From positions 1 to 18,331 of the forward strand of contig JAYZQJ010000098.1 of NCBI GenBank assembly GCA_036149055.1: a stretch of DNA of 18,331 nt, read 5' to 3'. This stretch comes from Myxococcota bacterium. Lineage in GTDB: Bacteria > Myxococcota_A > Polyangia > Polyangiales > Sandaracinaceae. Under the pieces are notes generated by a model that was not told where the DNA came from, searched no databases, and was given only the letters and a program-made list of their open reading frames with translations. A program made the translations under genes and the position numbers. Below, piece after piece: positions 7,702 to 15,628 of the stretch (within the stretch, counting starts at the first letter, position 1; every line of letters begins with the position of its first letter).

Positions 7702-9707
7702 GGCGCGCGCTCCTCCTCGCGCTCCTCGCGCTCGGCTGCGACGGGGGCGGCGCGCCCGCCGACGCCGGGATCGACGCCGGGATCGACGCGGGGCGCGACG
7801 CCGGCGTCGACGCGGGGCCGCCGGTGGTGGTGCTGCCGGACGACCGCGCCCCCTGCCGCGACCGGGACCCGCTGCGGCGGCCGTTCTTCGGCGACCTGCA
7901 CGTGCACACCGCGGTCAGCTTCGACGCCAACGCCTACGGCACCCGCACCCGGCCGCGCGACGCTTACCGGTTCGCTCGCGGCGAGGCGATCGGCCTGCCG
8001 CCCCACGATCCGAGCGGCGCCCCGACCCGCACCGTCCAGCTCGACCGGCCGCTCGACTTCGCCGCCGTCACCGACCACGCGGAGTTCTTCGGGGAGATCG
8101 ACATCTGCTCGGACCCGAGCTCGCCCGGCTACGACTCGACGACCTGCCGCACCTACCGCGAGGGAGACAGCGCCGCGCCCGACTACGGCGAGCTGACCAA
8201 CCTCCTGCTCATGCCGCGCACCGTCGCCCGGGTCTGCCGGGTGCACCCGGAGCTCTGCCGCGAGCGCGACCTCGCGGTCTGGCAGGAGGTGCAGGACGCG
8301 GCCGAGGACTTTCAGGATCGCACGGAGGCCTGCGCCTTCACGACCTTCGTCGGCTACGAGTGGACCGGGTCGGCGGGCGGCACGAACCTGCACCGGAACA
8401 TCCTCTTCCGCGGCCGCAGCGTGCAGCGCGTGCCGGTGAGCTACCTCGACGCGCCGACGCCCGACGAGCTCTGGAGCCGGCTCGAGGCGACCTGCCTCGA
8501 CACCGGCACGCCCTGCGATCTCCTGAGCATCCCGCACAACGGCAACCTCGGCGGCGGCCGCATGTTCGTGCCGACCACCGAGGACGGAACGCCCTACGAC
8601 GCCGCGCAGGCGGCCCGGCGCGCGCGCCTCGAGCCGCTGCTCGAGATCTACCAGCACAAGGGCGCGAGCGAGTGCGTGACCGGGCTCGACGACCCGCTGG
8701 CGAGCGAGGACGAGCTCTGCGGCTTCGAGATGATGCACCCCAACCTCTGCACCGGCGGCGCCGACGATCCGCCGGACTGCGTCGGCGTGTGCGCGGGCGG
8801 CGGCATCGGGTTCCTCGGCAGCTGCGTCGGACCGAGCGACATGGCGCGCGGCGCGCTGCGGACCGGGCTCCGCGAGGAGGCGCGGATCGGCGTCGACCCG
8901 TTCCGCTTCGGGTTCATCGGCAGCACCGACACCCACGTGGCCACGAGCGGGCTGGTGCGCGAGCAGGGCTGGCCCGGGCACGCCGGCGAGAACGAGGACG
9001 AGCCCGCCGATCAGCTGCGGGTGCCCGACGGCGCGCTCGTCCGCGGGCTGACCGCGAGCCCCGGCGGCCTGGCCGTCGTGTGGGCCGAGGAGAACAGCCG
9101 CGAGGCGCTCTTCGACGCAATGCGGCGGCGCGAGACCTACGCGACCAGCGGGCCCCGCATCGTCGTCCGGCTCTTCGCGGGCTTCGGGCTGCCCGCCGAT
9201 CTGTGCGATCGGGCCGACGCGATCGCGCGCGGCTACGAGGACGGCGTGCCCATGGGCGGCAGCCTCGGGCCCGATCCGGCCGGCGCCGCGCCGCGTCTGT
9301 TCGTCAGCGCGCTGCGAGACGCGATGGGCGCGCCGCTCCAGCGCGTCCAGATCGTCAAGGGCTGGCTCGAGGGCGGAGAGACCTTCGAGCGGGTCTACGA
9401 GGTGGCCGGCGATGCCGACAACGGCGCGAGCGTCGACGAGGCGACGTGCGCGCTCTCGGGCGACGGCTTCGACGCGCTCTGCGAGGTCTGGACCGATCCC
9501 GACTTCGACCCCGCGCAGCCCGCCTTCTACTACGCGCGCGTGGTCGAGAACCCGACCTGCCGCTGGAGCCGCCACGCCTGCAACGCGCTCGACCTCGACT
9601 GCGCGAGCCTGCCCGCCGACTCCCCGTACGCGGCGTGTTGCGACCCCGCGATCGCGCACACGCTGCAGGAGCGCGCCTGGACCTCGCCGATCTGGTACTC
9701 GCCCTGA
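7698..9707 (+). CDS. DUF3604 family lipoprotein (PHP-like predicted metallo-hydrolase)
   Basis: GTG start overlaps the upstream stop (GTGA). Lipobox LALG-C. Motifs FFGDLHVHTAVSFDA, PLDFAAVTDHAEF, GYEWT...NLHRN, IPHNGN, GFIGSTDTH, ETYATSGPRI, FYYARVVENPTCRWS and QERAWTSPIWY. Confidence 0.92.
   Translation: MRRALLLALLALGCDGGGAPADAGIDAGIDAGRDAGVDAGPPVVVLPDDRAPCRDRDPLRRPFFGDLHVHTAVSFDANAYGTRTRPRDAYRFARGEAIGLPPHDPSGAPTRTVQLDRPLDFAAVTDHAEFFGEIDICSDPSSPGYDSTTCRTYREGDSAAPDYGELTNLLLMPRTVARVCRVHPELCRERDLAVWQEVQDAAEDFQDRTEACAFTTFVGYEWTGSAGGTNLHRNILFRGRSVQRVPVSYLDAPTPDELWSRLEATCLDTGTPCDLLSIPHNGNLGGGRMFVPTTEDGTPYDAAQAARRARLEPLLEIYQHKGASECVTGLDDPLASEDELCGFEMMHPNLCTGGADDPPDCVGVCAGGGIGFLGSCVGPSDMARGALRTGLREEARIGVDPFRFGFIGSTDTHVATSGLVREQGWPGHAGENEDEPADQLRVPDGALVRGLTASPGGLAVVWAEENSREALFDAMRRRETYATSGPRIVVRLFAGFGLPADLCDRADAIARGYEDGVPMGGSLGPDPAGAAPRLFVSALRDAMGAPLQRVQIVKGWLEGGETFERVYEVAGDADNGASVDEATCALSGDGFDALCEVWTDPDFDPAQPAFYYARVVENPTCRWSRHACNALDLDCASLPADSPYAACCDPAIAHTLQERAWTSPIWYSP
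7761..7817 (+). repeat. 12-bp coding tandem repeat encoding the linker DAGIDAGIDAGRDAGVDAG
   Basis: GACGC(C/G)GG-N4 repeated five times just after the lipoprotein Cys; a low-complexity tether. Confidence 0.8.
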
Positions 9708-9733
9708 CCCGATCCATGAGCGACATTGGTCGC

Positions 9734-11155
9734 ATGAAGACGGCGGCCGAGTACATCGAGAGCCTGCGGACGCGAGATCTGGAGCTCTGGGTCGACGGCG
9801 AGCGCATCGCCGATCCGGTGGATCACCCCAAGGTGCGCCCCGCGATCAACGCGGTCGCGGCGACCTACGCGGTGGCGCACGGCCCGCACGCCGCGCTCGC
9901 CGTGGCCCACTCCGAGCTCGTCGACGGCCCGGTGAACCGCTTCACGCACCTCTTCACCTCGCCGGACGACCTGGTGAAGAAGGTCGAGCTCCAGCGAGTC
10001 CTCGGGCGCCTGACGGGGACCTGCTTCCAGCGCTGCGTCGGCATGGACGGGCTCAACGCCCTCTTCATCGCGACCTGGGAGGCGGGGGAGGCGAAGCACG
10101 CGCGCTTCGTGCGCTGGCTCGAGGGCGTGCAGCAGCGGGACGAGATGCTCGACGGGGCGATGACCGACCCGAAGGGCGACCGCAGCAAGCGCCCGCCCGA
10201 GCAGCCGGACGCCTACGTGCGCGTCGTCGATCGGCGGGACGGTGGCGTCGTGATCCGCGGCGCGAAGGTGCACCAAACGGGCGCCGCGAACGCGCACCAG
10301 ATCTTGCTGATGCCGGGGCAGGGCCTGCGCGAGGGCGAGGAGGACTTCGCGATCGCCTGCGCCATGCCGGTGGGCACGGAGGGGGTGCGCATGGTGCTCG
10401 GCCGGCAGCCCTCCGACGGGCGCAAGGGCGGGCCGGACGCGGGCAACGCGCGCTTCGGCGGGCAGGAGTGCGTGGTCCTCTTCGACGACGTCTTCGTGCC
10501 GGAGGAGCGCGTGTTCCTCGACGGCGACCTCGCCGCCTGCGAGACGCTCGTGCACAGCTTCGCCGGCTTCCACCGCGCGAGCTACGGCGGCTGCAAGCCC
10601 GGCAACTTCGACGTGCTCATCGGCGCCGCCGACCTGCTGACCCGGGAACACGGGGTGCGCCGCGCGAGCCACGTGCGCGACAAGCTGGTCGAGATGGCGC
10701 ACCTCGCCGAGACGGTGCACGGCGTCGGGCTCGCGGCGAGCACCAAGAGCACCGCGCACGCGAGCGGCGTGTGGGAGGTCGACCCGGTCCTCGCCAACGT
10801 CTGCAAGCACAACGTCACCCGCCTCCCCTACGAGATCGGGCGGCTGGCCGAGGACCTCGCCGGCGGCGCGATGGCCACCTTGCCCTCGCTCGCCGACCGG
10901 GAGCGCCCCGAGCTCGCCGCGCTGCTCGCCCCCGCCTACGGGAGCGAGGCCCGGGCCAAGGCGCTGCGGCTCGTCGAGTACATGACCTATGGCGCCGGCG
11001 CGGTGCCCTTCCGGATCGAGTGCATGCACGGCGCCGGCTCCCCGCAGGCCCAGCGCATCGTGCTCGAGCGCACCCTGGACTGGGACGCGAAGGTCCAGCG
11101 CGCGCGCGTGCTCGCCGGCCTCGACCCGGACGAGGAGCTCCCCGAGATCGAGTGA
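9734..11155 (+). CDS. abfD: 4-hydroxybutyryl-CoA dehydratase / vinylacetyl-CoA delta-isomerase (FAD, [4Fe-4S])
   Basis: Collinear with clostridial AbfD as recalled: MKTAAEYIESLR, VNRFTH, TCFQRCVGMD (two cluster Cys), GAMTDPKGDRS, GAKVHQTG, FGGQE, FAGFHRASYGGCK (His and Cys ligands), LANVCKHNVTRLPYEI and ECMHGAGSPQAQRI. Alternative start at 9716. Confidence 0.93.
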   Translation: MKTAAEYIESLRTRDLELWVDGERIADPVDHPKVRPAINAVAATYAVAHGPHAALAVAHSELVDGPVNRFTHLFTSPDDLVKKVELQRVLGRLTGTCFQRCVGMDGLNALFIATWEAGEAKHARFVRWLEGVQQRDEMLDGAMTDPKGDRSKRPPEQPDAYVRVVDRRDGGVVIRGAKVHQTGAANAHQILLMPGQGLREGEEDFAIACAMPVGTEGVRMVLGRQPSDGRKGGPDAGNARFGGQECVVLFDDVFVPEERVFLDGDLAACETLVHSFAGFHRASYGGCKPGNFDVLIGAADLLTREHGVRRASHVRDKLVEMAHLAETVHGVGLAASTKSTAHASGVWEVDPVLANVCKHNVTRLPYEIGRLAEDLAGGAMATLPSLADRERPELAALLAPAYGSEARAKALRLVEYMTYGAGAVPFRIECMHGAGSPQAQRIVLERTLDWDAKVQRARVLAGLDPDEELPEIE

Positions 11156-11201
11156 AGGCCTCCGGCGGGACGCCGGCCGCGGCAGACCTCATGTTGAGGG
11201 G

Positions 11202-11930
11202 GTGAGGGTCCTCGTCCGCTGCCCCTCGTGCGGCCACGCCTCGCGCTTCCTCCTCGTCGACGACGAGGTCTGCGCGCGCTGCGTGAAGTGCGGCACCGGG
11301 TTCGAGCCGCGCTGCGCCGCCTGCGGGCTGCGGCCGGGGAGCGAGGCGCTGACCGGCGTCGACGCCCCGCGGTGCGCGGGCTGCGAGGCGCCCCTCGCGC
11401 TCGAGGCCGGCCCGGTCGTCGCGCCCTACGCGAAGCCCGGCGGCGTGGTGGACTGGGGAGACCTCCGGCTGGAGCTCCGGTTCGACGGCGCCCCCTACCG
11501 CGACGGACGCCCCAGCCGCCTCTCGCTCCACGCGCCGCCACGCTCGCCGAAGCAGCGCCTGGCCGCGTGGGGGGCCCTCGCCGCGCCCGGGCTCATCGCC
11601 CTCCCCTTCGACGCCCCGCTCTTCGCCGCCGTCTGGGCGAGCCTCGCCGGCGTGGTGGTCTCGTCCGGCACCCGGAGCGTCGCCCTCGAGGTCGACTCGA
11701 CGCACATCCGCATCCTCCGGCGCGGCTGGACGCGGCGCCCCCGGACCTTGCGAGCGCAGAGCGTGCGCGAGGTGTGGTGGGCCGGCCGCGGCGGCGACTG
11801 CGCGGTCTGGGCCCGGAGCGACGCCGGCGCCGTGGTCCTCTTCGACGGGCTCAGCCCGCGACGGGCCCGCGCGCTGGCCGCGCACGTCGGCGTGGTGATC
11901 GGGCTGGACGTCGACGACCGGCGCCGATAG
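11202..11930 (+). CDS. Hypothetical protein with an N-terminal double zinc ribbon and two predicted TM helices
   Basis: GTG at 11202 gives MRVLVRCPSCGH...CVKC...CAAC...CAGC (four CxxC). Hydrophobic LAAWGALAAPGLIALPF and LFAAVWASLAGVVV are followed by a small beta-rich domain. Confidence 0.7.
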   Translation: MRVLVRCPSCGHASRFLLVDDEVCARCVKCGTGFEPRCAACGLRPGSEALTGVDAPRCAGCEAPLALEAGPVVAPYAKPGGVVDWGDLRLELRFDGAPYRDGRPSRLSLHAPPRSPKQRLAAWGALAAPGLIALPFDAPLFAAVWASLAGVVVSSGTRSVALEVDSTHIRILRRGWTRRPRTLRAQSVREVWWAGRGGDCAVWARSDAGAVVLFDGLSPRRARALAAHVGVVIGLDVDDRRR

Positions 11931-11939
11931 AGGAGCGGC

Positions 11940-12503
11940 GTGCTGATCACGCTCTCGGGGATCTCGCTCGCCTGGCTCGGGGCGGCGGCGTGGCTCGACC
12001 GCCACGGGCTGAAGGAGCCGCCGGCGGGGGACTTCGACGCCATCGTGGTGCTCGGCTGTCGCGTGGCCCCGGGCGGCCGCCCCAGCGTCTCGCTCGCGCG
12101 CCGGGCCGAGCGGGCGGCCGCGCTGTGGCTCGAGGGCCGGGCGCCCCGCGTCGTGACCACCGGGGGCGTCGGCGACCACCCTCCGAGCGAGGCCCGCGCG
12201 GCGGCCGACGTGGCGATCGCGCGGGGGGTCGACCCGTCGGCGATCCTGCTCGAGGAGCGCTCGACCACCACCCGGGAGAACGCGCGCGAGGCGCGGGCCC
12301 TGCTGGAGAGCGAGGGCGTCGACGCGCGCAGGGTGCTCGTGGTATCCGACAGCTACCATTGCTTCCGAGCGAGACGGATCTTCCGCCGGCACTTCGAGAC
12401 GGTCGCGTCGGCGGGCAGCGAGGGCCCCACGCGCGCACGCACGCGAGGGGCCCTCCGGGAGGTCGCGGCGCTGGCGGCGCACGCGACCCGGCTCACCCGT
12501 TGA
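11940..12503 (+). CDS. YdcF/DUF218 family protein (ElyC/SanA-like)
   Basis: RBS AGGAG at 11931-11935 and an N-terminal hydrophobic anchor. Motifs DAIVVLGC, VVTTGG, SEA, ILLEERSTTTRENA, LVVSDSYHCFRARRIF and LREVAAL. Confidence 0.92.
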   Translation: MLITLSGISLAWLGAAAWLDRHGLKEPPAGDFDAIVVLGCRVAPGGRPSVSLARRAERAAALWLEGRAPRVVTTGGVGDHPPSEARAAADVAIARGVDPSAILLEERSTTTRENAREARALLESEGVDARRVLVVSDSYHCFRARRIFRRHFETVASAGSEGPTRARTRGALREVAALAAHATRLTR

Positions 12504-13578
12504 TCAGCGCCACCACGCTGATCAGGATCGGCACCACCAGGATGGCGCCGAGCACGACCCAGGAGGTCGGCCGGGCGAAGTTGAGGGTCTGCCCGATCCC
12601 GATCCGCTTCGGCACGAAGATCGCCGGGTCCTCGGGCGCGTAGTAGACCGCGCCGCCCAGCCGCCAGCCGTCCGGCCGGGTGCCGAGCACCTCCGTCCCG
12701 GCCAGCTCGCCGATCTGGTCCTTCACCGCCACGAGGCGGCGGAGGTAGACGACCAGCGGGGCCACGCTGCCGACCGCCATGACGACGAGCGACGCCGCGG
12801 TGATCGGCCCGACGACGCCCTCCCAGCCCGGCAGACCGGAGAGGGCGACGCCCATCCAGATCCCGACGATCGAGAGGTTCACCGAGGTGAGGATCCACTC
12901 CGTCATGCGCACCATCAGGGTGCGGCGCTCGAGCTGCAGCGCCGCGTAGGCGTCCGCGTTCTCCTCCGGCAGCGCCCAGCGCTCCTTCGCGACCCCGAAC
13001 GCGATGCCCCAGAGGAGCAGCACGTCGAAGAGGACGAAGGCGGGCATCATCCAGAGCTCCGACGGCGAGCCGAAGCGGTTCGGCTCCCCCGCCAGATCCC
13101 AGTGGACCGGGACCGACGCGGGCAGGCGCGCGAGGAGCCAGACGAAGACGGCGCTCGGCACGACCACCAGCAGCAGGTTCAGCAGCTGCAGCGGGACCGA
13201 GACGTAGTCACGCGTGCGCGGGGGCTCCTCGAGCGAGACCCGGTAGCGTCCCGGCACCGGCGCGTCGCGACGCGAGCGGACGGCGCCGAGCATCTCCCCC
13301 AGCAGCCAGCCGACCGAGATCAGCGGGCAGAAGACCCCGACGTTCCCGAGGACCCAGCCCGACGCGCCCGCCACGGCGAGGACCACGCCGCCGAGGGTGA
13401 CCACGGCGTTGACGAGGCGCAGGCGCGTGGCCCGGCGATCGTCGGCCGCGGTCCGGGGCCGGCCGAGGTGCACGTAGAAGAGCCGCCGCGGGTGCTTCAC
13501 CCGCGCGAGGGCCTCGACGATGGCGCCGGTCACCGCGATCGAGGCGGCGACCGATACGATGGTGGTCCACTGGCTCAT
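12493..13578 (-). CDS. DUF1648 and DUF5808 domain membrane protein (SdpI-like)
   Basis: LPASVPVHWDLAGEPNRFG (DUF1648) and WRLGGAVYYAPEDPAIFVPKRIGIGQTLNFARP (DUF5808), with about 8 hydrophobic segments. ATGA overlap with the upstream GntR stop. Confidence 0.9.
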   Translation of the reverse strand: MSQWTTIVSVAASIAVTGAIVEALARVKHPRRLFYVHLGRPRTAADDRRATRLRLVNAVVTLGGVVLAVAGASGWVLGNVGVFCPLISVGWLLGEMLGAVRSRRDAPVPGRYRVSLEEPPRTRDYVSVPLQLLNLLLVVVPSAVFVWLLARLPASVPVHWDLAGEPNRFGSPSELWMMPAFVLFDVLLLWGIAFGVAKERWALPEENADAYAALQLERRTLMVRMTEWILTSVNLSIVGIWMGVALSGLPGWEGVVGPITAASLVVMAVGSVAPLVVYLRRLVAVKDQIGELAGTEVLGTRPDGWRLGGAVYYAPEDPAIFVPKRIGIGQTLNFARPTSWVVLGAILVVPILISVVALING

Positions 13579-14012
13579 GACTCTCCTCCCTCCTCCTCCC
13601 CGTAGAAGCGCGCCAGGGCGCGCTCGAACATGCGCCGGGCGTCGTCCGGGGCGACGCCACCCAGCCTCAAGCGGCCCACCAGATCGTGGAGCCTCCGCTC
13701 GAGCGTCGGATCGGGATCCTCGTGCTCCGGCGGCGCGGTCACGCGCGCCGGCGCCCCCTGCTTCAGCTCCACCACGCGCTCGTCCGCGAGCACGCGGTAG
13801 GCCTTGGCCACCGTGTTCAGGTTCACGCCCAGCATCCCTCCCAGCTTCCGCACGCTCGGCAGCGCGTCGCCGTCGGCGAGCGCACCCCGGGCGATCAGCG
13901 CGCGGACCCCGTCCGCGATCTGGCGGTAGAGCGGCACCGCGCTGTCGAGATCGATCGCGATCGACGGCGCCGCGGGAGATCGGCCGGGCCCTCGATAGGG
14001 TCCCGCGCTCAT
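13575..14012 (-). CDS. GntR family transcriptional regulator, YtrA subfamily
   Basis: Winged HTH IDLDSAVPLYRQIADGVRALIARGAL..GDALPSVRKLGGMLGVNLNTVAKAYRVL with a short helical C-terminal domain. RBS GGAG upstream of the ATG at 14012. Confidence 0.93.
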   Translation of the reverse strand: MSAGPYRGPGRSPAAPSIAIDLDSAVPLYRQIADGVRALIARGALADGDALPSVRKLGGMLGVNLNTVAKAYRVLADERVVELKQGAPARVTAPPEHEDPDPTLERRLHDLVGRLRLGGVAPDDARRMFERALARFYGEEEGGES

Positions 14013-14025
14013 CTCTTCTCCATCA

Positions 14026-14048
14026 ACTGTACGCTGTACGCATACAGT
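14026..14048. promoter_or_regulatory. Palindromic operator, probably the GntR/YtrA autoregulatory site
   Basis: ACTGTACGC-TGTAC-GCATACAGT has 8 of 9 arm positions symmetric and is AT-rich against the background. It lies 13 nt upstream of the GntR start. The TGTA-N11-TACA core resembles YtrA-subfamily operators. Confidence 0.75.
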
Positions 14049-14083
14049 AGACACTCGAGCGCGCCGCGCAACGAGAATCGACG

Positions 14084-14125
14084 GAAACGAAGAGAGCCGC
14101 CCGGCATCAACGCCGGACGGCTCTC
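14084..14125 (-). terminator. Intrinsic terminator of the OmpA-family gene
   Basis: On the minus strand: GAGAGCCGTCCGGC-GTTGAT-GCCGGGCGGCTCTC (14-bp stem including one G-U) followed by TTCGTTT, 18 nt after the stop. Confidence 0.85.
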
Positions 14126-14143
14126 GGGGAACGTGAGATCAGC

Positions 14144-14782
14144 TCAACGACAAACGAGGAGGCTGAACTCGACGCGGCGGTTCATGTTGCGGCTGAGCTC
14201 CTCGCGCTGCTGGCGGTTGCACTGCTCGTTGGCGCGGGGGATCTGGGAGCCGAAGCCGACGGTGGTGATCCGCTCGCGCGGCACGCCCATCACGACGAGC
14301 TCGTTGGCGACCGCGACCGCGCGCTGCTGGCTGAGCGCCATGTTGTTGGCCTCGTTGCCGCAGTGATCGGTGTGGCCCTCGACCCGGACGGCGGAGATGT
14401 CGGTGCGCTGCTGGGCGCTGATGACCATCTCCTGCAGGACCGCCCGGTTCTGGGCGTCGATGATCGCGCCGCCGCTCGGGAAGTTGATGATGAGCGGCAT
14501 GTGCACCCACTCCTCGACGCAGTTGGCGGGCACGGTCGTGGCCGCGTAGCCGCCCTGCGCGGTGGGCACGGGGGTGGGCGCGACGGCGCCACCCGCGGTC
14601 GCGCTCGCGCCGGCGCCCGCGGTCCCCACGGGGGTGTCCACGCTGGCGTTGGCGTCGGCGCTCACGGTGCCGTCGCTGTTGACGCTGGCGCCGGCGTTCG
14701 CCTGGCCACCGCCGCAGGCGGTCGCGAGCGCGAGCGCGCCGATGGCCGCGCTCGTCGACACGGCTCGCAGGATCTTGGTCAT
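14144..14782 (-). CDS. OmpA/Pal-like peptidoglycan-binding lipoprotein
   Basis: Signal MTKILRAVSTSAAIGALALATA-C. OmpA C-terminal motifs INFPSGGA, VRVEGHTD, NMALSQQRAVAVANEL...GV...ITTVGFGSQIP and NRRVEF. Confidence 0.93.
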   Translation of the reverse strand: MTKILRAVSTSAAIGALALATACGGGQANAGASVNSDGTVSADANASVDTPVGTAGAGASATAGGAVAPTPVPTAQGGYAATTVPANCVEEWVHMPLIINFPSGGAIIDAQNRAVLQEMVISAQQRTDISAVRVEGHTDHCGNEANNMALSQQRAVAVANELVVMGVPRERITTVGFGSQIPRANEQCNRQQREELSRNMNRRVEFSLLVCR

Positions 14783-14935
14783 CGATTCTCTCCCGATCAG
14801 CGGGGCCCTCGCCCCAAGGAACAACGGACGGCGGGAGGCCGATGGACGTCCCCATTCACGCGCCCCTCGGCGCGTCCCCCCGCGACTCGACTCCGAGGCT
14901 TACCCGAGATCGCCCCGCGATGGCAATACGAGATG

Positions 14936-15628
14936 CTACTGCTCGCGCGCGAGGCGCCGGAGGGTCTCCCGCTCCTCGAGCACGTGCGTCGCGTGGCTCG
15001 CCCGATCGGTGCAGTGGCCGGTCGCGTAGGCGCCGAGACCGCTCTCGAGCGAGCCGCACTCCGCGATCGCCCGGGACAGCGTCGAGGCCCCGCGCTCGAG
15101 CACCGGTCCTTGACAGGCGTCGAGCTCGGCCTGGCAGGCGGCCCGGTACGCCGCGTCGCGCACGTAGCGCATGTCGCGCCCGGCGCCGCGCGGGTGGAGC
15201 TGCACCAGGCCGGCCTCCCCCCGGCGGCCGAGGGCGGCGGGATCGAGCCCGGACTCGCGCCAGGCGAGCGCGCCGAGCAGGAAGGGGTCGAGGTCGTGGC
15301 GCCGCGCCGCCCGGACGATCATCTCGGCGAAGCGCCGGAGCCGCGCGGCGCAGTCGACCGGGCCCTCCCGGCAGCGGCGGGTGAGCACCCGGCTTCCGTC
15401 CGGACGACGCCAGACCGTCATCCGGGCCTCGAACGCGCGGGCGAGGGCGCGCGCGGCCGGGCTCGGCGGCGCCGACTCCGCGCGGTCGGCGGTCTCGGGC
15501 TCGGCGGGCGCCTCGGCGCGGGCGGTGGGCGCCGACGGATCGGCCGGCGCGCTCGCCGACGTCTCCGGGCGAGGCGTCGGCGCCCCCGCGCAGCCGAGCG
15601 TGAGCAGGGCGACGAGCAGGGGCCTCAC
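14936..15628 (-). CDS. SLT-domain lytic transglycosylase-like lipoprotein
   Basis: Lipobox LTLG-C and a Pro/Ala linker. AARRHDLDPFLLGALAWRESGLDPAALG..GEAGLVQL contains the catalytic ES motif and GLxQ; LGAYATG matches the AYNxG motif. GTGA overlap with the upstream gene. Confidence 0.88.
   Translation of the reverse strand: MRPLLVALLTLGCAGAPTPRPETSASAPADPSAPTARAEAPAEPETADRAESAPPSPAARALARAFEARMTVWRRPDGSRVLTRRCREGPVDCAARLRRFAEMIVRAARRHDLDPFLLGALAWRESGLDPAALGRRGEAGLVQLHPRGAGRDMRYVRDAAYRAACQAELDACQGPVLERGASTLSRAIAECGSLESGLGAYATGHCTDRASHATHVLEERETLRRLAREQ

Noticed and set aside
6070..9733. Long N-terminal extensions in the ORF track (6070 for the crotonase, 6834 for DUF3604, 8360 for AbfD; likewise 2019, 7100, 10989, 15866, 16377)
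   Set aside because: They overlap neighbouring real genes. Signal peptides, RBS or -10 positions and family homology all begin at the downstream starts given, so these are not true fusions.
9720..9733. GCGAC-attg-GTCGC palindrome before abfD
   Set aside because: Only a 5-bp GC-rich stem, expected by chance in this composition.
9734..11155. 4-hydroxyphenylacetate 3-monooxygenase (HpaB), or evidence of autotrophic 4-hydroxybutyrate-cycle carbon fixation
   Set aside because: The Fe-S ligands CxxxC and H-x6-C identify AbfD rather than HpaB. No carboxylases or other cycle genes are in the window, and AbfD alone does not imply autotrophy.
14897..14926. Possible sigma-70 promoter TTGCCA-N18-TAAGCC for the OmpA-like gene
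   Set aside because: The -10 lacks the conserved final T and the spacing is suboptimal. Plausible, but not supportable without TSS data.
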